Assembly: GCA_002633005.1 (NCBI GenBank)
Contig: NMRA01000890.1
Location: forward strand, 25,742 to 89,741
DNA: 64,000 nucleotides
Direction of reading: 5' to 3'
Origin: Phoronis australis
Lineage: Eukaryota > Animalia > Phoronida
Positions within the stretch are counted from its first letter, which is position 1. Every line of letters starts with the position of its first letter. This document shows, piece by piece, positions 26,859-38,800 of this stretch. Under the pieces are notes generated by a model, which was given only the letters and a program-made list of their open reading frames with translations, made no database searches and was not told where the DNA came from. Position numbers and translations under genes: made by a program.

Positions 26859-29800
26859 CTGTGGTATAGAATTGACAATGGACAGGATGAAGCAGATGTT
26901 CAGTCACAATGTACAATGTGTATCTCGGCAACAAAGAGTAATCTTTTGAGACCGTATACTCTTTTCCCCACTGAGAATCACTTGATTTTCACAAATTGTT
27001 GCGTGCAGCATCATGCCAAATTATTGCGTGGAGCATCATGCCAAATTTTTAGCTTTCATCGAAACAGATTCCATGGCTTTTGGTCTCAAAATCGAACACC
27101 AAATTATTTTTGCAATTTGCTGTTCTACATTTATGTGAGCAAAGGACGATTTTCTATGATTATATGCAAAATTAATTGCCAATTTTAATAGCGTTTAACA
27201 GTGTTGTGAATGCCCGGTGTGGTAGCCGTGGGATATAACTTGAACATGGACAATTATTTATGGAATAAGTAGACGATATTTATGCTTCATGTGAAGTACA
27301 GTATGATAGTAAATTCACTTGTTGGTCATATCGTGTCCTTCGATTGGTGAGATTTCGCTTAAATCGCATTCACAACCACTAGATTCGAGCTACAAACCAG
27401 GCGTGCGTTCAGTAGACGCTAGAACCTACGCTAGGACCTACATGTACATGTAGTGTAGCTAAAACCTATAGTCAAACTCACGTGCTCTGATTTAAACTGC
27501 ACGACAATATATCACGTAATCTTGCGAAGTCTTGCTTTTTAGCGAGGTCCTAGCGTGACTGAACGGGAGGTGGGATGAAGGTTAATAAATCACGTGTTGT
27601 CTATGGTGTCAGGTGTAAGGATCCCCAATGCTCAGACAGTTACATTGGTGAAACGAAACAGTCCATTAAAATGTGTATGTCACAACATCGTCGTCCCACA
27701 CAGTTACGGGGACACTTATGATTCGGCTATTTTTAGCCACATGTGCGCTACTGGACATGATTTCAATGCGGATGATGTAAACTATCTTAGACTGTGACGG
27801 AGACTGGTTCAGAAGGGGTGTAAAGGAAGCTCTCCATGAGCGCATTGAGAGACCCTCTTTAAATAAAAGGGGCGGTTTACGATTCGATTTGTCACACGTA
27901 TGGGATTGTGTACTGACATCAATGCCGCGCCGTTTAGCCAAAACGCCACCAGTTGGCCAGAATAACGATAACGTAACAAGCCAAGCTGAAGTCCGTGAGA
28001 TGCGGACGCAAAGTNTGCGAAGTCTTGCTTTTTAGCGAGGTCCTAGCGTTACTGAACGGGAGGTGGGATGAAGGTTAATAAATCACGTGTTGTCTATAGT
28101 GTCAGGCGTAAGGATCCCCAATGCTCAGACAGTTACATTGGTGAAACGAAACAGTCCATTAAAATGTGTATGTCACAACATCGTCGTCCCAGTTACGGGG
28201 ACACTTATGATTCGGCTATTTTTAGCCACATGTGCGCTACTGGACATGATTTCAATGCGGATGATGTAAACTATCTTAGACTGTGACGGAGACTGGTTCA
28301 AAAGGGGTGTAAAGGAAGCTCTCCATGAGCGCATTGAGAGACCCTCTTTAAATAAAAGGGGCGGTTTACGATTCGATTTGTCACACGTATGGGATTGTGT
28401 ACTGACATCAATGCCGCGCCGTTTAGCCAAAACGCCACCAGTTGGCCAGAATAACGATAACGTAACAAGCCAAGCTGAAGTCCGTGAGATGCGGACGCAA
28501 AGTCGCTAATTTTTGTAAGTTTTAATTCCAGTATTAGATTCAAACTTGATCTCTAAATATGAATTGTTTAGTCTTATTAAACGTGATCTTGTTAGCAAGC
28601 AATATGTGAAAGCGACAAATTGCACCAACGCATGAATGAATCATAGGGAGCACAAGAATCCATCAAAGTTGTACGCTAGATATACATGTATGCGGCAACA
28701 CCATCGTTGCACTATCACGTATCTTGCTGCTACTTTTGAACAATGCACTTACTGTCACACAAAAATAATGTTTACAAGTAGGACGACGTCACGCTTACAA
28801 GATGGCGTGTTTTGATTATTGGCTCCTCAACCACTTTCACCTTTCTTCATTTGAAAAGCTCAAAAAGTACATGTCCACTCACCCGGATAACGTACACACA
28901 CTTCTTATTCAGCGGATAGTTGTTTGGGTATCCAGGGCTCACTATCTTCACTATCTCGCCTTCTGTGTTGAGGTTGTACACGCCTCCGCACTCTGGGTAA
29001 TCTGAAATTTTTATCAATTCGCCTTATATGTGTTGTTCGTAGGAAAAAGAGGTGCCAGTTCAAGCGATTGTGACGGCAATATGCTAATGGATGTACATGT
29101 ATAGTGATGGGATCTACGCGTTACTGTGGTGGCTAGTTCCGTTGGGACCGTGGGTAAAAGTGGCGATGATGCCAGAACACCATGCAGTGTAGGCCACGTC
29201 TGTGGCAGCGTTGGTGATGGTTGTGGTGTCTGAGATAGGGGTGATGGTCGTAATCTTAGAAGTGTTGACGGTGGAGGTGGTTTTGGCGTATTACGTTGAA
29301 ATGGTAAGCTGTCGGTGACGCTATGGTTGATACTGGGCAAACATTTGAAGAAACCAAATGGGATTGTTCTGAAAGATAGTTTTTTTAGTTAATGGGATAT
29401 TATCTTCACTGCCAGGTCAAACCTCTACTGTTATTCTTGTCGCGATATGTAGTATCTCAACAATCGATGTGTCTCCCACACTCGATGATCGTTGTTATAT
29501 GTGAATTATGAACGAGAGCAACTTACCAGAAAAATTGGGATCGATAGTGTTACAATCTCCAGTCAAACCCCGTGGACACTTGCACCCGCAAGCTCCATTG
29601 GCGCTTTTAAATGGATAACCATGGTTATAGCAAATGTCAGTACAGTCACCTGTGAAAAAGATTAATACCTACATGTACCTGTATGCATAGTCCCGGTTTC
29701 ATGTTTTCAGTTAAACTATTAAAAATCACTAACTGTGTTTTATATGTACACCATGTGCGGTTAACAGCAAAATGAAGCTATCTACTCGAGCAGGGTACGA

Positions 29801-32800
29801 ATTGGAATATTGTCACGGGTGATGTTCATTTTGTTTACCTTTGCAGTTGTAGATGAGGTTGGCCAGTTTAGCGTCGTAGAAAGTTAATTCGCGCCTGCTT
29901 CCTGGTAAGAAATCTAGTTCCTTGTTCTTCACTCTGATTGTTGGCTTCTCATTGGCACTAAATGCCTATAAATGCAAGAAAAAAGGTGGTGCATAAAGCT
30001 GGAACTGGGGACGGGGTCTAATTATTGTGCTCGAAGTCTTAACTCGAAGCTATGTTTAGCTTTTTCCGCTCTACTTTTCCTGCAAATCAAAATAAGTGTC
30101 TAGAGTCGGTGATCAAGTACGTCGTGGTTAATGGATATGCATATTTAGTCAAAGTTCACACATATTCGTGATTCAAAAAAATTTAAAATGTCAAATAAAA
30201 ACTCAATTTTAAGTTCAGACTCCAACGTTTAGCCTCAATGTTTGGGTCATGATGAGCAGACTAAGACAGTTGTACTGTACATACAAGGTTTTAGGTACAA
30301 GAGCTCCAGAAGTATTGTCACTTATCTTGAGGTCCACGTAAAAACAGAAATGGAAATTTTTAAAAAGTAATTCCGAGATTTATCAAGAATAAGAATATTC
30401 GTCCCCGAGTCCTGCAGATTACTGATACGTACATGTATAGCATAGTTCGGATACATACTTTTCTCTTAACGGCCGATAAATACACGAAAAGGAGTTAAAC
30501 TCTTTAACAAACACGAGACCAATTCCTAGTTAAGTTATTTCGGACATACATATACGTGCACACGAATTCAGTCGGCTGCAGATTATATCGTGTGAATGTA
30601 CAAATTTATTGGCTGCTATCACACACAACAGGGACCTTTTCAAATAAATCAGTACCATATTCGTCCTAATATCCGGCCAGGGCGCTTAGAAATATTCGTT
30701 TCAGCGGGGGTCGCTTATTATAAGCCAAGGCGGTTGAAACCCATACTCCAAAACGGGTGAAATCGGAAGCTAAGATTCATCCTCTTTACGCTCTGTTACG
30801 TATCTCAAACCTATGACAGACGTTCTGCAAAATTGTAGTACATTGCTGTCAAAGTGTGCCGTTAAACCACGATCATTTTACAGAAAATTGCGCTAAAATC
30901 TCATGGCGAAAACTCCCCAGTTAACTGCCTGGCAATCGTCGATATGGCGACTTGAATGCTTGAATAAAAATACAGTTTCGACTGAACCAAATTGCCTATA
31001 TAGTAAAATCCTCGTTAAGATTTCTAAAAAGCGTCCCTAAGATTTTTAAGTTTCGGTGGCGGAGTCGGGATTAGGGTGCAGATTAAGTACGTATACAAAT
31101 CTGTGCTACATCGTGCCACCTATGATCGGCAACACGAGCAAAATCTCTGGACGAACACGTGTTGTTGTCACGTGTCGTTTATCTGCGTGTGTGGGCGCTT
31201 ATTTTAGCATGTCTGGACCACTGACGCAGCTGAAAGCAAAATTAAGTACACTGCACAATTAACATCAACAATTTGTTAATAGTGAAATGATATCCAAAAC
31301 AGTATCCAATCCAACACGCTTAGTAAAATATGTCATGACCATATCACGTATTTCAAGACATTGTAAATTTTAAGCCCAAATAGTCCTAACGTAACTCACA
31401 TATAAGGTGTAATGCATAGCGCTTTCAAGGTCATATTCTACTTGGACAGAAGTTAAATCTTTGATGAAATTGTCTCTTTTTTGAGGATTGACGTTATTCC
31501 ACAGGATCTCCACAAACTTGTCACGGTCACTTCTTGATTGTTCGTGCTCAAGCCCTATAGCATGGCCGAGTTCATGAAGAATGCTTCCCAGCTGAAATGC
31601 ATACACAGGCAGATACACATACAAGAGTACAGTGTATGGGGTGTGGGAAGGTAGCGGTAGCCTTGGCCGGATATCAACTATTACTAATTTGACGGTTCGG
31701 GAAATCAATTGTTCACAGCAGGTAATAAAAGAACATAAAACATATGCTTCTATTGGTTGCTGAAAGACTGCATTTTGCAAATACTGAGTATGGCGATTTC
31801 ATTAAAAGTTTGCAGCTAATTGCACGTTCCGTATTTCATTTTTGAAATAACTGGTGCCGGGGGAAGAAAATAAAAAGACCCAGAGCGTTGAAATGCGCCC
31901 GCGAATGCACAGCAGACAGTGTGCTTCAATGGGGTGTTTATCTGTATCTTAAATTTTGCCAGATGGCGCAAAATACGTATAATCCATCAGAAAACGGAAA
32001 TTTTCATGTTTTCTTTAATTGAAAGCTATTTACTACATTTCATGAAAAGATTTAGCGAATATTCAGAGAAACAGTGGGACATGGAAAAATGAAATTGCCC
32101 TTTGGGTGCACAGCGTTAGTCGGATACGTCCGAAAAACGTCGTCGTCCGTTGCCGATTTTATATAAACTTACTGGATTTAATAAAGATCCTGCAGTCGGT
32201 TTAGGCAATACAGCAATCCATGGCTGAGAGACGGACAACGCATGCGCAGCAGCAACGCAGAGTACGCATGATAGACAAGTTATAGACCTAATTCACGCGG
32301 CGGACACTAAAATCCAAAGCGAGTACAACATGGGTATTGGATCTTAAAAATGTGTCGATAATTAACCACATAAGCGTTGAAAAATATATTAGAGAACAAG
32401 ACAATGCACCAAAGAGCTGTCTGTCGAAAGGGTTTATTTTTTCCGAAACTAGGTTCGAAACATGAAAAGTAAATATGACCAAATTGCGGCGATCCCAGTG
32501 TTACGGATTAGGTATTATGCTGAATGCAGGGTTACGTTTCTTCTTGTAAATTGTTGATAAAAATTCATTCTACAATAACTCGCATTGTTGACGAGTTAAA
32601 GATGTATTCGACATTGGTGGCTCATCGCAGTCTACTGTCATGTGCAATTAGTCACATCAGATTTAATTTTTTGATCAAGAATATTAACATCAAGCATAGT
32701 CTGATCCTGGTGAGGCAGGGGGTACACCGGGACTAACAGTTAATTTGTCATTGATCTGAAAGAATAATTAGTGTTATTAAATATCCTTTTATTGAAATAA

Positions 32801-35794
32801 AAACAGGCTCGTATTTCAAAATAAAATATTTGACTATAAATTCTGCTTTCTTGGTTCTAATAATTTTTACGCCTGCCTCTCGATCACCATCAATAGCGCC
32901 CCCAACCTGTTTCAAGCTCTCATAGGCTCTGTCTCAAGTAGCATTTTGTGCTCTTTCAAATTGTCATCTGTGTGATTTGAACTTCGGAGACAAATTCTCA
33001 ATCACTGAGGGATTTTTATGGGGGAATTTCGTATGATTTCTCAATAATTTTGAGAAGGGAAACGATAGAACGATTGAGGGCCCTGTGCTTTTCGGAAAGA
33101 AAAAGGCATCATGCTTCAACCTGTAGCCATGAAAACACAGCCTGCCTGGCCATTCTTTGATTGTTGCTACAATGCTCGGCAATCGAGATGCGACAAATTA
33201 CATGCATGATCTCTAACTTTTCGAAAACATTTATCAATTTTACACGAACATATTATTCGTCGCAACGTATGGCAACGACCCAACATGCTTCCCTATCTCA
33301 ACAATCCGTAGGTATTGTAAAACAAACAGTTGGGTGTCCGTATTTTTTCTATCCATTCGAGCAACGCGGAATACAACTTTGCCGATAAGCCAACACAACA
33401 ATCGTAGCGAGCCTCGTTTTGGAACCCGCCTTCTGTTTGCGTGATTTGGGTCTATATGGAAGGGTAAACGACTTAAAGGAGCATACCACCCAAAAAACAA
33501 CCTAATTTGCATCAATTTAGATCGAGTAGTTCTACTCCAAAACGACACGTACGGTTGCGTTACCTGACACCTGACGGCAAACGGAGGTGTTGAAATTATC
33601 CAGTGACCTCATCGGTTTCACACGCAGTTTGTTCAGCAGTTCACAACATGGGTTACTGGTGTCAGATTATCGCTAGAAGTCATCGTTTAACACCAATAAA
33701 TCATCAAACTTCGATGCAAATCCCTTAAAAATACATCGAGTTCTTATAAAAACGTGTTGTTTTATTTCGCTCCTACCGATTCATTGGTATTTGGACACAC
33801 CGTAGCCTACAAAGTTCGGCAGGCCAACTAGGTCCGTATCAGGAGTTTGGGGTCTGTTCTTAGATAATTTCAAAGTATTTTCCATGAGATACAGACAGGA
33901 GAACCTAGATCTGTGTTGTTTAGACTAGTTTAGACTCGTGATTTTTCGAGTTCTAAGCACAAAACGCTTGTTATCCTAATCAGTGGCTCGGAGCCCGATC
34001 AGGCCCGTCGCGGCCGCCCGGATTGACTCCGGCGTTGCCACGGCCAGTGGCTCGGAAACTGATCAGACATCACGAATATAAACCAGCCAAACTTCAGTGG
34101 AAACTAAACTTCCATTCAAGAAGAAAATACTATACTAGTGAGCCAAAGTAATGTGCACGTGATTATGTTGGTGAATTAGCCACGAAACTGCAAATCTACT
34201 TACTCGTCGAGGGCCGCCAATTCAAGTTCCGCTTTGGCCACAGCACCTTCAGGGCAACAGTTGTACATTGACCATCATTATTTGAGTAATGTAAATGTTA
34301 ATAAAGATTCCCCTAAGACCTGGTCGTTGGATGGAAATCGAGTTGCTTCACAACAGTTTCTGCCAGCAAACACTAAATTAACATGAGCTCACACGGACTC
34401 GGTGTCCCGTCAACTAGTTTTATTGCACCTAAAGCTGGTAACACAGTAATTTATTCATTGCTGGCTTTTCATATCATTTGCACTCACGAACTCTCCAAAA
34501 GCATTACAAATTGCATCTAATGAGACAGACTTTGTTTCAGTTTTATATAACTATTGGCTAGGGAGAGAATAATTCATTTTGAAACAGAGCGCTCAGTATA
34601 GTAATAAACGCCAACATGGCAACCGTCGCAACCCCGACAAAGGACGAGCTAGAGCTCATCAGTCCCGACTTCAATTCGAACAGGAATACAGTGATGAAGA
34701 AATACTAGAGAGTCGCCGTGAACAAAGTCAGACAACGGAACGTATGGAGTTATTTGGTAAGCCGGCATTCGTCAGGCACTGTCGACGTATGCAGGCCACA
34801 GACACGGAGATGTTTCACGGCCTCATACTTGCTGTTTACAGCGTACATTTCATTCTTCACTGCCATGAGCCACTTCCTAAGCATTTCGGACTCTCGAAGA
34901 AGTAAAAAAACGATATACCCGCTTTCCTCGCAGCTGCTTAATAGTTCGGACAAGCGAGAACGATGCACCGCAACATAGCGGCATTCACTCTGCATATGAA
35001 CCAGTGACGTTGCTAGCGTCGTTTCTCACCTTCCTCACAGGTTAACGCGACACCTCTTGGCAAGGTAAGGTCGACCGTATGCGAGGCGATGTGGATATAG
35101 ACCGATTAAGACGGCAAAAAGACTAATTAAATTGGGTGACATTCTCCTTTAAGTTTTACAATTCGTTACATGAATACTCGACAATAAAACCAGTGTGCCG
35201 AGCGCCCTTGAAACCTAATATACTGACAAAACTTGCTGTAAGTGAAGACGTTACCAAAGAAGTTGCAGTCAACTTACATTTATGCAACCCTTTTCAGCCA
35301 ACGTGACAGATTGACCACCACTTGATGAGAGTTTGCCAATATTTGAAGAGCAACTGCAAAAACAGTTTAACACCATTAACTCACTGACGTCCGTTGTTAT
35401 TTGGCATTTGTGTGTAATTTCCAAAAGGTTTTAGAAATCTAGGTTCTCTTTTTCGCCCAGATGCGCTTATGATTCACGATTGTGAATATTTTTATTTGAT
35501 TCAGTAAAAATTAACAAGATTCTTTTGTCTATAAATGTTCCCAAATTTCAGTTGCAAGAGAAAGATTTTTCCAAAATCCTTATTATGCCGGGGCTCGCGG
35601 GATATCATCGACCTAAAATTTATTTTTAAAGGTTTGATTTTGTGTTGTTAAAGTTTCTACATGATTAATTTACACGATTCCTATTTTTTAAGCTTCAAAT
35701 ACCTCTTGCATTATAGAACGTGACCATGTTGTGCCAGCACTAGTGGAATTTGTAGATACGACTTTTTTCCACATCCAACATATATTTCTATCAA

Positions 35795-35862
<68 letters not shown>

Positions 35863-38800
35863 TACGATCACTGGACTCGCTGAGCTCAGTTATTCTTTTC
35901 ACGCTTACTTTCAAGTTCGCGTAAAACTTAAGGTGTTGCGGAACCCAGTTTTCTATGACGTCAATCGGCTCTCGCAGTTAAGTATGAGTCATAATTCACG
36001 CTCGCGTCGCGTTGAAAACCTCTCTAATAACCTTGACGAAATTTGAAAACATTGTTCTTTAAACTCCTAGTAGCACACATGTTAACCCTTATTAAATGGT
36101 TAGAAGAAATCATAAGGAACCACGCAGTACCTATATCATAACCAATACACAATCCGTAGTTGAAAAAGTTTAAATGAATGCGGCGCTTACGATTCCGACC
36201 CAAAGAGTACACCTTTATTTTGAACCGTACAGTGTACATGTAAAACATTTGCTGATGTTTTCCTCTACTTTATTACCTAAATGGATACTGCTGCTGAAAT
36301 TTAACGCCCCCACGCGATGACTCAAGGCTGTTCTCAACAGCCGAGCGACGTACTTCACAAACTTATGATTACGCATTAAATGCCATTCGTCATGTGCAAA
36401 AACAGGTAGAATTTAGACACTAGATCTTCGTGTTTGTATAGAAAGAGAATCAAAAATAACCAAAAGTAGTAACAACGCATTTACTCTCACGGCGATGGCA
36501 ATAGGTTTTTAAAGACAACATGACCGTTTCAGGAATGGTTCCTGAACTGACGCACAGGAACTCAGTTCACGAAAATGCACGGGAATAGTCGATGATTTCC
36601 CGATCTCTGCCGAGGCTCATAATTGCGCTAAAGAGGCTTTAAGTTTGATAAAATGAAGGATTCGATTATTTTGACTTAATCTGGTGTACATTGATAAATT
36701 TTTGAAGTAGATTCCCCTTTTAGATAAGGACTTCAATCAACTTTAAGACCTTACACATTTCCATCGCCGATTTTCAAATAATTAGATTCCGTTGTTCTCC
36801 GAGGAAACCGTAGACAGGTCTTTTTCTCCCAATGCGCGATTGCCTCCTCGATTTTTGCATTCGTGGTGCTCAGCTGAAAAGGTCTTCTCCTGTCGTACTC
36901 CCAGGGCACCACGCCGTTCGGCCAATACGAAACCCAAGATCTCTCATAAGCCTTTCGTTTGGATATTTTGTCAAACTACAAGAAATACTTACATGTGACA
37001 CTTATGAAATATCATTAGTTTTGTATCATTTATGGAAAAGATAGTTTTAAGGCAATAAACTGAAATAAAACAGTTTTGGATTTTTTCAGATTCGTTTGCT
37101 TGGTTTAAAATGAACAAATGGCAATACGTGTAAATCATTGATACACGTAATTTCTTCTTTGGGGTACACCTGCAACTGAAAAGACTCCTTGCTTGCATCT
37201 TCTCATGAACCAGCGTGGTTTTCACATACGAAATAAGCTTTAAAGTTCCTCACTAAAAGTGCTAAAATTATTTACCTACAGACAAATTTGCCGGTTTATG
37301 GGGAAGCGATATAAAAATACATCATAATACATTTAATTAAAATGTCTCAGAAGAAAATGGTCGCCAAAGAAGAATCGATTTCTTTGGTTAAAACAAGAAG
37401 AACTTGCTACCTCATCTCCAGATTTTTCACTTTCCAGTCCAAGTAAAACCTTCTGAACATGCGTTAATATTATGTCGTCACCTTCCTCGTCAGGGTCCAC
37501 GTGATGGGAGACGGGCATCTAAAAATAAGACCAATTTGAAAGCAACTCCACATCGTATTGTTACAAAATTCCGCGTAGCATCGGCGTTGGCTCTGTCATA
37601 ACATTCACCGTTTTTGACAGTTCTTATCTAAGCAGAATAACAAAAGACTTCTATTTTTCTAACGGAGAGTCACTGGTCTTTGTCCGGAAATCTTTCAAAA
37701 GTACTATCAACCCCTACCTTTATCTGATCATGCAGACAGCAACACACTTTTATTCACAGTGTAAGTTTCTTAATGATTGCTGAAAGATTGAACTGTTCAT
37801 GACGACTTCAATGAAAAGTTTGCAGCTGTAAAATAAGTGGTACTGGGCGAAAAAATTGACAAGAGCGCCGTGGAGCGCTGAAATACGCTCACGAATGCAC
37901 TACAAACTCATTGGGGTGTTTTTATTTGAACAATGGCTACTAAAAGGCGCAAATTATGTCAACTCATCCGAAAACTGTTATACATGTATGTCATTAAAAC
38001 TTTATACCAAATTTCATGTGAATCCGTCAAGGAACGTCTGAGAAAAGGATGAAAATGGAAAAAAACGTGAAATCGTCACTAGGAGGCTAGGACTATATAT
38101 TACTCCCAGCTAGGAGGCTATGGGCGCAAAAACATAACTGCCAAAACGAGACGCCATAGTAGCGCAAGACACTGGAAATAATTTTCAGTCGTCTTCTTTA
38201 CATTATGAACATACACGCCAACTTCTACAATCATCTTTAGAGTCGGAATGGTTTCTTTGATAGGAGGGTGGTTGCCAAAAACAGACTAAAAACAAAAAAA
38301 TGACCACTAGATACAAAATATGTCGAATCTATTCAAAGCTAGGAATATTCCATCGATTCAATAGCAACATATTTACTAAATTTCATAGAAATTCGACAAA
38401 CAGAGGAAATCAGAAAAAAATGAAATTGTCACTAGGCGCCACAGTGATTGCCGGGTCCATCTAAAAGTCGTCGTCTTTAGTTTCCAACTTCATATACATG
38501 TAAATGTCTTAAATTTAACAAAGATCCGGCAGAGGGCGTAGGAGATACAACTATGGAGGAAAACACTGCTACTAGGAGGCGCCAGAGTAACCAAAGTCGT
38601 CAAAAATGACAGCAGGAACATACGTGCCAATTTATACTATAACCCTTCAAGTAGTTTGATTGGCGCCATAGTAACCAAGGTCGTCAAAAAATAAAAACAC
38701 GAACCTACTTGCCAAGTTATACTATAACCTTCAAGTAGTTTGGTTGGCAGACGGACATACGTCAAAAATAGACTCTAAAACAAATATCAAAAATGGCCTC

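Noticed and set aside
26658-27188. 176-aa plus-strand ORF
   Set aside because: Overlaps the antisense CUB exon; no recognisable domain.
27524-28504. Tandem Penelope copies resembling pseudo-LTR structure
   Set aside because: The junction is exactly the N at 28016 and includes flanking MITE sequence; more likely an assembly overlap.
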